Source: Flavobacteriales bacterium (lineage in GTDB: Bacteria; Bacteroidota; Bacteroidia; Flavobacteriales_C; GCA-002722245). From it: DNA of 64,000 nucleotides. This document shows positions 49,338-57,492 of the stretch, piece after piece (within the stretch, counting starts at the first letter, position 1; each line of letters starts with the position of its first letter). The notes under the pieces are model-generated. The model worked only from the letters and a program-made list of their open reading frames with translations. It ran no database searches and was not told the origin of the DNA. The stretch covers positions 22,292 to 86,291 of the forward strand of contig PBLA01000001.1 of NCBI GenBank assembly GCA_002722245.1. Direction: 5' to 3'. The position numbers and the translations under genes were made by a program.

Positions 49338-49380
49338 TCAATCTAATGGAAGGATAATTTTTTTAAAAAATTCATAAATA

Positions 49381-49415
49381 AAAAACCGAAGCAAAATTTG
49401 TTTCGGTTTTTTGTT
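49381..49415. terminator. bidirectional rho-independent terminator between the convergent rhodopsin and hydrolase genes
   Basis: AAAAA-CCGAAGCAAA...TTTGTTTCGG-TTTTTTGTTTT. The stem runs 49386-49406 with one G-U pair and is flanked by an A-run and a T-run. Confidence 0.75.
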
Positions 49416-49430
49416 TTAATAAAAAAACAT

Positions 49431-50489
49431 CTAATGATGCATTACTTTAGAGAGTAGTAAGCTTTGCACCATGCTATTTTCTGTTTTTTGATAATGGGAA
49501 CTGCAATACGTCATATGGCCGTATCCGATATTTTCATTTTTAAATTGAACATTACTGCCTTGAGATGTATAATAATTTGCTAACCACTGACCAATTACAG
49601 GTGGGCAAAGGTTATCATCCGATGCATGCCAAATACTTATGTTTTTTGTTTTGATTAATCTTGGATCGAACCCCCAATCATAACATACATCCTTTGCAGA
49701 TTCCCAACATATTCCTGCTGAACCTCTTTTGACACATCGTTCAACAGAACAGGACAACATCCTAATCAATGCGGTGTCTTGTTCCATATTATCGCACGAG
49801 TATACTAATGTTTTAACAGGTAAACTAGGGGAGAAGAGGTCGGTTGTTATATAAAAGGTAAAAAACATCCACGCGTTTAGCGGATGCTTTAATTGTTCGG
49901 TTGTTTTAAATTGGTCATGTCCCAAAGCTCCTTCAATATTTAATTCCTGTGTTAAATTGTTCGGCAATAAAGGGGCGTTTAAACCCAGTGCAGTACATCG
50001 TTCTTTATAAAAAAAGGCGGCAGCCATAGCATGGGGAGTTCCTTGAGAGTGCCCCGAAATCATAAAATGATCAATGTTTTCTTGTTCTAAAACAGCATAA
50101 AGGTCTTCGGATGCCCATTCAATAACTTTCCGTCCAATTTTCAAATCTGTATTTCCACATCCGGGTAGTGAAATGGATATGCCTCTTACATTTAATTCCT
50201 CACAAGATTTTTGGTGTATTAATTTTTCAAATGTGGCATCTAGCCCAGATCCATGAATATTAATTATCACGGGTGTGTTTGGGTCATTACTACCGTACGT
50301 AAAGTATTCAATTTTTCGTCCATTTGTATCTAAAGCAAGCTTTCCGCCTTCCGCTATCAATTGCTCTCGATTAATTTTAGATTGTCCATTACGTTTTATT
50401 ATAATTCCGCCTATTGTAAAAATCAAAAACAAACATAATCCTCCAATTATAGAATATTTACAAATTTTTTTTAATCTTTTCATATTCAA
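49431..50489 (-). CDS. membrane-anchored alpha/beta hydrolase
   Basis: N-terminal TM, 'INIHGSG' oxyanion region, nucleophile elbow 'SGHSQG', candidate Asp 'HASDDN' and His 'GYGHM'. Unusually Cys-rich. Confidence 0.7.
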   Translation of the reverse strand: MNMKRLKKICKYSIIGGLCLFLIFTIGGIIIKRNGQSKINREQLIAEGGKLALDTNGRKIEYFTYGSNDPNTPVIINIHGSGLDATFEKLIHQKSCEELNVRGISISLPGCGNTDLKIGRKVIEWASEDLYAVLEQENIDHFMISGHSQGTPHAMAAAFFYKERCTALGLNAPLLPNNLTQELNIEGALGHDQFKTTEQLKHPLNAWMFFTFYITTDLFSPSLPVKTLVYSCDNMEQDTALIRMLSCSVERCVKRGSAGICWESAKDVCYDWGFDPRLIKTKNISIWHASDDNLCPPVIGQWLANYYTSQGSNVQFKNENIGYGHMTYCSSHYQKTENSMVQSLLLSKVMHH

Positions 50490-50924
50490 TTATTGGTAAC
50501 CAGGTGTATTGCTTAAAGCGATTTTACTTTTTGCAAAGGTGCCGGTTCCAAAGGCAATTTCCTCTCCTTCTTCGTTATATAATGAAGATTCTCCTATCAT
50601 CAGATTAGTAGAGGTAAATCGTGTTTGTCCCATCGCTGTTATTAATCCATGGCGTGCGGGTTTGGTAATGTTTATGGTGAAAGACGTCGTTAATACGAAT
50701 ACGTCATATACAATCGAATTAACGGCAAAGAAAGCAGAATCATCTAAGAGTTTAAAATATACCAGTCCGTGCATAGCATTAAGAGCATGATAATATTTTG
50801 GTGCAAGTTGTAAAGTGATTTCAGACTGCCCCTTTGAAATATAGCAGGTTGTTGTGTCAAATATCATAGTATTGATATTGGCTTGTAAATACATGTTTTG
50901 AAGTTTTCTGTAATGATCCTTCAT
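50490..50924 (-). CDS. PaaI/4HBT-family hotdog-fold thioesterase
   Basis: 144 aa. 'NAMHGLVYFKLLDDSAF' (the H-G...D pattern of PaaI-type thioesterases). Its stop directly abuts the hydrolase start. Confidence 0.6.
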   Translation of the reverse strand: MKDHYRKLQNMYLQANINTMIFDTTTCYISKGQSEITLQLAPKYYHALNAMHGLVYFKLLDDSAFFAVNSIVYDVFVLTTSFTINITKPARHGLITAMGQTRFTSTNLMIGESSLYNEEGEEIAFGTGTFAKSKIALSNTPGYQ

Positions 50925-50984
50925 GTTCTGTTTTCAATTAACCTATCACTAGTACTATAATAATACTGCTTTTTTTGAATTGGG

Positions 50985-51398
50985 TTATTGAATTTCTATC
51001 CCTTCGTTGATTCGATGTTTTACAATAAAAGAATTTCCGCAGGCAAGTTTATGGGCCAATTTAGTGCCAGGTTGTACAACTCGCCAAAAAGGGGTGATGA
51101 ATCCGATATCTTTTCCATTTAGAAACTCCTCATAGGCAGCTTCAGCAACTATTCTTAAAAAAATACCTGTGGTTACAGGGCATGTTTTATGGGCATTGTA
51201 GGTAAGTGCTAAATCTTTTCTCATTGTTTTTAAATCACTTTGCCTACTAAAAGAAATGTTTTTAATGTAATCATCGATTATTGGCGGAGAAACAATTAGC
51301 ATTTTTGAACCTTCAGGTATATCCGCAAATGTTTTATTAATGATTTTTATTTGAAAGGATTTCTCACAATCTCGTTTTTCAATCCATGACTTAGGCAT
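50985..51398 (-). CDS. MGMT-family (alkyltransferase-like) DNA-binding-domain protein lacking the acceptor Cys
   Basis: 'IPEGSKMLI...TCPVTTGIFLRIVAEAAYEE...TPFWRVV' parallels the MGMT DNA-binding domain, with 'PFWRV' in place of 'PCHRV'. Confidence 0.5.
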   Translation of the reverse strand: MPKSWIEKRDCEKSFQIKIINKTFADIPEGSKMLIVSPPIIDDYIKNISFSRQSDLKTMRKDLALTYNAHKTCPVTTGIFLRIVAEAAYEEFLNGKDIGFITPFWRVVQPGTKLAHKLACGNSFIVKHRINEGIEIQ

Positions 51399-51451
51399 AA
51401 TTAATTTTTTAAAAGTTCCTTGGATAATTTTTTAGACGAAAAATCAATTGA

Positions 51452-51964
51452 TTAGTTCAAATTATAGAAGAAATCTTCATCAGATTGCGCTTGTTCTTTT
51501 ATTCCTGCAAGCGCTCGGATCATAATTCCTTTGATTTGTGTGTTTACGAGAAGCCATGTTAGAGGGTTAAAAAGTTTGTTTTTGGAATAGTAAGTGTATG
51601 TGTAAGTAACTTTTATTTTTCTATTCTCTAATTCCTCAACAGACCACTCGCCAATAGCTTTTTTAATAAAAAACAAACTATTAAACTCAAAATCATAGAG
51701 TGTCCATCTCCAATATTTATTTTCAACTCGTTCAAGAATGACATCCTTAAACATTCTTCCTTTTTTAACTAGAAGGTTTCCGTTATTCATTGGGTACCTT
51801 ATTCCGTTTATTTTACCCCAAGTCTCGTCTTCTTCAAAACCTGTAACAGGAGGTTGGAATAAATAGCCCTTCATAAAACGAGTTGCATCTCCCAAGATAG
51901 GTGCTTTAAATGCTCGCTCTCTACTGCATTCAAAAATGTCTTTTAGTTGATAACTGTACTGCAT
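51452..51964 (-). CDS. hypothetical protein, possibly SRPBCC/START-like fold
   Basis: 170 aa. The beta-rich core followed by a long C-terminal helix resembles SRPBCC proteins. No diagnostic motif. Confidence 0.35.
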   Translation of the reverse strand: MQYSYQLKDIFECSRERAFKAPILGDATRFMKGYLFQPPVTGFEEDETWGKINGIRYPMNNGNLLVKKGRMFKDVILERVENKYWRWTLYDFEFNSLFFIKKAIGEWSVEELENRKIKVTYTYTYYSKNKLFNPLTWLLVNTQIKGIMIRALAGIKEQAQSDEDFFYNLN

Positions 51965-52005
51965 GAATAACTAATAATAAAATGGGATCGGAATAAATTA
52001 AAAAA

Positions 52006-52755
52006 TTATTTGTTTTTACCGTTCTTTTCTAAAATTCTTACATAAATTAATTTATGTCGACTCTTTTGATTTTCTCTTTGTTCAATTTCGAATCTTCCAA
52101 TTGATTTGATGAGTGGAGTAAGCTTTTCAAAACCATAATTTCGTGAATCAAAGTTTGGACGTTTTTTTTGCAATAAACTTCCTACGTCTCCTAAAAAAGC
52201 CCATCCTTCATCATCGGATAAATCTCGTATTGTTGCAGAAATTAGCTGGATTTCCTTTTTGGTTATTTTATCAATTGTAGGTTCGCTATTATCCTTATTT
52301 TCGGCTTTTTCCTCCGAGCGCTTTTTTAAAATCTCAATGTAAATGAATTTATCGCAAGCTACAATGAATGGGTTTGGAGTTTTTTTCTCGCCTATACCAA
52401 TGACTTGCATCCCTGCTTCTTTAAGACGGGTAGCTAAACGTGTAAAGTCACTATCACTGGAAACTAAACAAAATCCGTTTACTTTTTCGCTGTAAAGAAT
52501 ATCCATGGCGTCTATAATCATTGCAGAGTCTGTGGCGTTTTTTCCAGTGGTGTATCCATATTGCTGAATAGGAGTAATCGCATTTTCCAACAGTAGATTT
52601 TTCCATTTATTTAAACCAGGCCTTGTCCAGTCTCCATATATTCTTTTAATAGAAGGGTTTCCATATTTTGTAATCTCCTCCATCATCTCCTTTACGTGGG
52701 CAGAAGGGATATTATCACCGTCTATTAATACAGCTATGTTTGAGTTGTTATTCAT
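52006..52755 (-). CDS. NYN (LabA-like PIN) ribonuclease domain protein with C-terminal OST-HTH/LOTUS domain
   Basis: 'IAVLIDGDNI', 'KNATDSAMIIDAMD', 'FCLVSSDSDFTRLATRLKEAG' (NYN acidic residues). C-terminal 'DEGWAFLGDVGSLLQKKRPNFDSRNYGFEKLTPLI' (LOTUS). Confidence 0.8.
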   Translation of the reverse strand: MNNNSNIAVLIDGDNIPSAHVKEMMEEITKYGNPSIKRIYGDWTRPGLNKWKNLLLENAITPIQQYGYTTGKNATDSAMIIDAMDILYSEKVNGFCLVSSDSDFTRLATRLKEAGMQVIGIGEKKTPNPFIVACDKFIYIEILKKRSEEKAENKDNSEPTIDKITKKEIQLISATIRDLSDDEGWAFLGDVGSLLQKKRPNFDSRNYGFEKLTPLIKSIGRFEIEQRENQKSRHKLIYVRILEKNGKNK

Positions 52756-52879
52756 TTGGTTCGCTTAAAAGCATTTTTGTCACACGCTCATTCATTATCT
52801 TATAAAGCGTAACGAAAATGGCGCTAACAATGATTCAAAAAGTATAAAATGGAAGAAGGAAATATGATAACAAATGAAT

Positions 52880-53563
52880 TTATTTTGAAAACTCATCAAC
52901 TTCCTGCTCCTCGATGATGTTTGCTATTTTGTGGCGTTTACCGAAAAGGTAGGTTTTGTTTTCATTGTTTTTAAGTAGTCTCTGAATGTTTTTTTGATGA
53001 GTGACAACAATTAAAACAGCCACAACGGAAGAAAAAATTACTAACGATAAAACTTGTGTTTTAAAGACTAATGATATAAATAATGGAAAGGCAATGCCCG
53101 CAAAAATCGAACCGAGTGATACATATTTAGTTGTGATTAGTATTAAAAGGAATAGGGCTAAGCTACACATTGCAGCAGGTGGATGAACAGCAAGAACAAT
53201 TCCTAAAAGAGTAGCGATCCCTTTCCCTCCTCTAAAACCTGCAAAAATTGGAAAGATATGACCTACAACTGCACAAAAACCGAAGGCTAACTTTAAATTT
53301 GTAAAGGGTGTAATATCATTTTGTCCATAACGCGATTGAAGCCAAACTAAATTGATTGCCAAGGCACCTTTCAAAATATCCAGTAATAATACAGGAATAC
53401 CCGCTTTTTTACCAAGAACTCTAAATGTATTGGTTGCTCCCGCATTCCCTGAACCATGCTCTCTAACGTCAATGCCATGAAAAGTTTTACCCACCCATAC
53501 TGCCGAAGGAATCGAACCAAGGATGTAAGCAAGCACTAACAATAAAACAATTGTAAACGTCAT
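52880..53563 (-). CDS. plsY: glycerol-3-phosphate acyltransferase PlsY
   Basis: 'YILGSIPSAVWVGK', 'HGSGNAGATN', 'FRGGKGIAT'. Confidence 0.9.
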   Translation of the reverse strand: MTFTIVLLLVLAYILGSIPSAVWVGKTFHGIDVREHGSGNAGATNTFRVLGKKAGIPVLLLDILKGALAINLVWLQSRYGQNDITPFTNLKLAFGFCAVVGHIFPIFAGFRGGKGIATLLGIVLAVHPPAAMCSLALFLLILITTKYVSLGSIFAGIAFPLFISLVFKTQVLSLVIFSSVVAVLIVVTHQKNIQRLLKNNENKTYLFGKRHKIANIIEEQEVDEFSK

Positions 53564-53681
53564 AACATGAATTACAAGCGTTTAAAGGTATAAAAATACA
53601 CACGTGTTTTCAATTTAAACACCAGATTTAATTAACATACAACCGTTAGATTTTAAAATCAATACGCTGTTTAAAAAAAGA

Positions 53682-54098
53682 TTATTTACAAAAGTCCAGT
53701 ATAATTAGGGCTATAATAAGATATCTTATGAATTTACCTGTAAGCATTGTGAAGAGGGTAAGGTATTTATTCGCTCTAAAAACACCTAGACCAATTGCGA
53801 TCACATCCCCAATAATTGGGGCCCAACATAAAAAACCTAACCAGCCACCTTTTTTCTCAATAATTTTCTGAAAACGTTCAATTTTATCACGCTTTACACG
53901 TAGGTATTTTTCAATCCAGTTCCACTTTGTTAGCCATCCTATCCAGTACGAAAACATGCCGCCGAGCGTATTTCCAATTGTTGCGATCACCAAAGCTGCA
54001 AACACATTGTGCTCATGAATAACAGCGGCGAAATGAATTTCTGAACTAAAAGGAATAAATGTAGCCGCGAGGAAAGATGATATAAATAATAAGAGCAT
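53682..54098 (-). CDS. YqaA/DedA-related (VTT domain) membrane protein
   Basis: 138 aa. 'FLAATFIPFSSE' and 'GNTLGGMFSYWIG' are typical of YqaA. Confidence 0.65.
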   Translation of the reverse strand: MLLLFISSFLAATFIPFSSEIHFAAVIHEHNVFAALVIATIGNTLGGMFSYWIGWLTKWNWIEKYLRVKRDKIERFQKIIEKKGGWLGFLCWAPIIGDVIAIGLGVFRANKYLTLFTMLTGKFIRYLIIALIILDFCK

Positions 54099-54155
54099 AA
54101 AAGTTTAACCCTTTATATTCAATGGATTTAATTCATGTAGATTAGGAGAATATGG

Positions 54156-54872
54156 TTAAATAGACATTAATTCCTTGAACCTTGAGGTTTGTCTTCTTGA
54201 AATTTCCAGTTTCTCTCCACTTTTTAAGGTAACCCTTAAACCGCCATTAAACCAAGCCTCAACTTTGTCAATCCACGTTAGGTTAATAATGTATTTTCTG
54301 GATATTCTAAAGAATTCTTTGTCATTTAAACGTTTTTCTAGGTTGTTTAATGACTTTAGAATCATAGGTTTACTTTCTTCAAAGTAAAGTCTTACATAAT
54401 TACCCTCAGATTCGAACATACGTACTTTGTCCATCTTAACAAACCAGCATTTTTCACCATCTTTGATGAAAATTTGTGAATCATAAGTAAGTTTATCGTC
54501 TGAGTTACTTGATTTGGATTCCTTTTCATCTTCTTTTACCTTTTCAATTGCTTTTTCAAGTCGATTAAGTTCAACCGGTTTAAGCACGTAATCGAGCGCA
54601 TTTACCTCGAACGCTTTTAGCGCGTATTCGTCGTAAGCAGTTACAAAAATGATATTAGGCACGATGTGTAGGTGTTCTAGTACTTCAAAACCGGTCATAC
54701 CAGGCATTTGGATATCAAGAAAAACTAAATCAGGATTTAATTCTTCAATTTTTTCAATTGCTTCCTCGCCATTTGTGGCCTCACCAATGATTTCAATTTC
54801 TGGAAATTTTTCCAAAAGTCTTGTGAGTTCTGTTCTTGCGAGTCGTTCATCATCAACTAATAAAGCTTTCAT
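54156..54872 (-). CDS. LytR/AlgR-family response regulator (REC + LytTR)
   Basis: REC 'ALLVDDE...LVFLDIQMPGMTG', with a C-terminal LytTR DNA-binding domain ('RISRKYIINLTWI'). Confidence 0.9.
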   Translation of the reverse strand: MKALLVDDERLARTELTRLLEKFPEIEIIGEATNGEEAIEKIEELNPDLVFLDIQMPGMTGFEVLEHLHIVPNIIFVTAYDEYALKAFEVNALDYVLKPVELNRLEKAIEKVKEDEKESKSSNSDDKLTYDSQIFIKDGEKCWFVKMDKVRMFESEGNYVRLYFEESKPMILKSLNNLEKRLNDKEFFRISRKYIINLTWIDKVEAWFNGGLRVTLKSGEKLEISRRQTSRFKELMSI

Positions 54873-55933
54873 ATTATATTTTTAGGGATTTTCAGTGTAG
54901 TAATAACCTCTTGGCTATTTAAATTTTGGATTTGAAATGATGCACGATCTTCAAAAATAAAGTTTAATCGTTGCTTACTGTTTTCAATACCAAATCCATT
55001 GGCGTCTTCGTTATGTTTAATTTTCGGATTGTACTGACCCGAATTAATAATTTCCATAATTAAAAACTCATTAGTAGAAGTAGAATTAATAATTAATCTA
55101 CCGCCATCAATTAATCGACTTATACCATGTTTAATCGCATTTTCGGCCAGAGTCTGGATTAACATTGGCGGAATATGATAGTTTAAACAAGAAGGTGAGG
55201 TATTGATTTCATAATACAAGCGCTCTTCCAAACGAATTTTTTCAAGATTTAAATAATCTTTTACCAATTTCAATTCTTCTTCAATTGTAATTAAACTTCT
55301 TTTTTCAAGCGTTAACGTATGACGAAGAATATTACTTAATTGAGTAATACCCTCTTTTGCTTTTTCAGTATCCTCATCAATCAAAGCTCTTAAACCATTC
55401 ATACTGTTAAATATGAAATGTGGATTCAATTGTGATTTAAATTTATTTAATTGAATTTCTTTTAATTTACTCTGTTGTGTTAAATTTTTAATTTCCTCTT
55501 TTTTAAAATTCCTAAAAAAGTAAACCGCAAAATAGAGTATTCCCCAAATAAAATAAACAGTACTGAACGTAGCGGACTGGGCTAAAAATTCGGCCAAAGT
55601 AATATCCTTAACCGATCCATTGTACCAACTTAATCGAATGAGGTATAATAAAAGAATATTTAGTGTTCCAACAATTAAACTTAGAATGGCCAGTTTATGA
55701 AATATTCTTGTAATTCCTTCATTACGCCATTGATATAAATTAAAGATGTATCGAACGAAATGAGAACAGCCAATACCTAACAAAACAAGGAAAATGGAAT
55801 AATAAATATCATTTTTACTAATTGTTCCCTTTGAAAGATAGTTGAATAAAAGATTAGCAAGTGTAAAGGCGGTCCAGCCTAATACTTGCAAGCTCAAATA
55901 CATTTGTTTTTTCTTAGAGATCATTAAGTACAA
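54869..55933 (-). CDS. sensor histidine kinase, LytS/YehU-type (His_kinase PF06580-like)
   Basis: 5-6 N-terminal TM segments, H-box 'LKSQLNPHFIFNSMN', ATPase 'ENAIKHG'. 4-nt overlap with the regulator gene. Confidence 0.88.
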   Translation of the reverse strand: MYLMISKKKQMYLSLQVLGWTAFTLANLLFNYLSKGTISKNDIYYSIFLVLLGIGCSHFVRYIFNLYQWRNEGITRIFHKLAILSLIVGTLNILLLYLIRLSWYNGSVKDITLAEFLAQSATFSTVYFIWGILYFAVYFFRNFKKEEIKNLTQQSKLKEIQLNKFKSQLNPHFIFNSMNGLRALIDEDTEKAKEGITQLSNILRHTLTLEKRSLITIEEELKLVKDYLNLEKIRLEERLYYEINTSPSCLNYHIPPMLIQTLAENAIKHGISRLIDGGRLIINSTSTNEFLIMEIINSGQYNPKIKHNEDANGFGIENSKQRLNFIFEDRASFQIQNLNSQEVITTLKIPKNII

Positions 55934-55990
55934 ATTAAGCCAATAGTTTTTACCAATGCAAAGCGCATTACATAAACGCGCATTGATTTT

Positions 55991-55998
55991 TATATTTG
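55991..55998 (+). promoter_or_regulatory. -7 promoter box TATATTTG for acpH
   Basis: Exact TAnnTTTG 17 nt upstream of ATG 56016, inside the ORF-track N-terminal extension. Confidence 0.5.
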
Positions 55999-56015
55999 GT
56001 CTTATTGTAGTAGAA

Positions 56016-56570
56016 ATGAATTTTTTGGCTCATTCCATATTATCTCCCGATTTACCCCTTGTTATGCTGGGTAATCTATCGGGTGACTTTGTAAAAGGAA
56101 GCAAATTTAATGGCATACATGATGATATTGCAAAAGGAGTAAAGATCCATCGCGCCATAGATCATTATACTGATCATCATGTAAATGTGAAAGAAGCTAA
56201 AAAACTCGTGAAAATGGATTTTGGATTATTTTCAGGAGTGGTTATTGATATGTTTTTTGATCATTTTGTTGCTGTTCAGCACACTAATTTAAACGCGCAT
56301 GTAACGTATGTATATCATGAAGCCAATATTCATTTTGAACTCCTTCCTCCAAAATTTAAACATGTTTTCCCATACATGGAAAAATATAATTGGCTGGAGG
56401 CCTATGCAGAATTGGCAAATCTTCGAAAAATCATGTGGCAAATGCGACAAAGAATAGGGGATAAGTCACCACTCGACAAAGCAGTTGATATTCTGATTTC
56501 CAATACAGTAGACTTTCAAGAGTTATTCCAAGAATTTTGGGTGGATATAAATAAGGAATTTAGTTTCTAA
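56016..56570 (+). CDS. acpH: acyl carrier protein phosphodiesterase
   Basis: Begins 'MNFLAHSILS', the characteristic AcpH N-terminus. 'GDFVKG', 'HRAIDHYTDHH'. 184 aa. Confidence 0.75.
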   Translation: MNFLAHSILSPDLPLVMLGNLSGDFVKGSKFNGIHDDIAKGVKIHRAIDHYTDHHVNVKEAKKLVKMDFGLFSGVVIDMFFDHFVAVQHTNLNAHVTYVYHEANIHFELLPPKFKHVFPYMEKYNWLEAYAELANLRKIMWQMRQRIGDKSPLDKAVDILISNTVDFQELFQEFWVDINKEFSF

Positions 56571-56587
56571 ATACTGGACTCATTACC

Positions 56588-56614
56588 TATATTTGTTCGC
56601 AAGAACTAAATTTG
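56588..56614 (+). promoter_or_regulatory. two tandem -7 boxes (TATATTTG 56588-56595; TAAATTTG 56607-56614) upstream of fabI
   Basis: Both match TAnnTTTG exactly, with gaps of 24 nt and 5 nt to ATG 56620. The ORF-track start at 56593 lies inside the first box. Confidence 0.5.
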
Positions 56615-56619
56615 AACTT

Positions 56620-57432
56620 ATGTCAAACGGAATACTAAAAGGTAAAAAAGGGATTATTTTTGGAGCTTTAGATGAGAATTCGATAGCTTGGAAAGTAGCC
56701 GTGCAAGCTGCTGCCGAAGGAGCAGAGTTTGTTTTAACAAATGCTCCAATCGCATTGAGAATGGGAGCGATCAATACATTAGCTGAGCAAACGAATTCAA
56801 AGGTTATTCCTGCTGATGCAACATCGGATGAAGATTTAGAAAAATTATTTACGGAGGCTCAAGAGTTTTTAGGAGGTAAAGTTGATTTTGTACTTCATTC
56901 AATCGGAATGTCGCCGAATGTTCGTAAAAAGAAACATTATACAGAACTTAATTATGATTTTTATCATAAAACCTTGGATATATCAGCAATGTCCTTTCAC
57001 AGAGTGTTAGCAGCTGCTAAAAAACTTGACGCAATTAATGAATGGGGGTCTGTAGTTGGTTTATCCTATATCGCAGCACAAAGAACGTTCCCTGATTATT
57101 CGGATATGGCTGAGGCTAAATCGTTATTAGAATCAATAGCCAGAAGTTTTGGATACCACTATGGTACAGAAAAAAATATACGAGTAAATACAATTTCCCA
57201 ATCTCCAACAATGACAACGGCAGGGAAAGGAATTAAAGGATTTAATGGTTTTTATAATTACGCAGATCAAATGTCTCCATTAGGGAACGCTCCAGCTGAG
57301 GACTGTGCAAATTATATTATCTCTTTATTTTCGGATTACACAAAATATGTGACGATGCAGAACTTATTTCATGACGGTGGTTTCTCTAATACTGGAGTTT
57401 CACAAGTAGTAATGGATAAGTTTGAAGAATAA
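56620..57432 (+). CDS. fabI: enoyl-[acyl-carrier-protein] reductase (NADH) FabI
   Basis: 'LKGKKGIIFGALDENSIAW', catalytic 'YIAAQRTFPDYSDMAEAKSLLE' (Y-x6-K type), 'NTISQSPTMTTAGKG'. Confidence 0.9.
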   Translation: MSNGILKGKKGIIFGALDENSIAWKVAVQAAAEGAEFVLTNAPIALRMGAINTLAEQTNSKVIPADATSDEDLEKLFTEAQEFLGGKVDFVLHSIGMSPNVRKKKHYTELNYDFYHKTLDISAMSFHRVLAAAKKLDAINEWGSVVGLSYIAAQRTFPDYSDMAEAKSLLESIARSFGYHYGTEKNIRVNTISQSPTMTTAGKGIKGFNGFYNYADQMSPLGNAPAEDCANYIISLFSDYTKYVTMQNLFHDGGFSNTGVSQVVMDKFEE

Positions 57433-57454
57433 AATAAAATAGAAAGGAATAAAA

Positions 57455-57492
57455 GAATAAAGCCCAGTTTATTAACTGGGTTTTATTTTTTC
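57455..57492. terminator. bidirectional rho-independent terminator (fabI / sulfotransferase)
   Basis: Stem CCCAGTT (57463-57469) pairs with AACTGGG (57474-57480), 4-nt loop. An A-rich run lies upstream and TTTTATTTTTT downstream. Confidence 0.75.

Noticed and set aside
49431-50924. The idea that the hydrolase and thioesterase convergent to the opsin gene belong to a retinal or carotenoid-ester pathway
   Set aside because: The only evidence is proximity. The genes are on the opposite strand behind a bidirectional terminator, and neither family has a known role in retinal supply.
53600-53607. ACACGTGT palindrome upstream of plsY, and the GATTTTAAAATC palindrome in the same gap, as regulatory sites
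   Set aside because: These are short (8-12 bp), AT-rich or isolated palindromes with no second copy and no positional relation to a promoter box. They are not distinguishable from chance.
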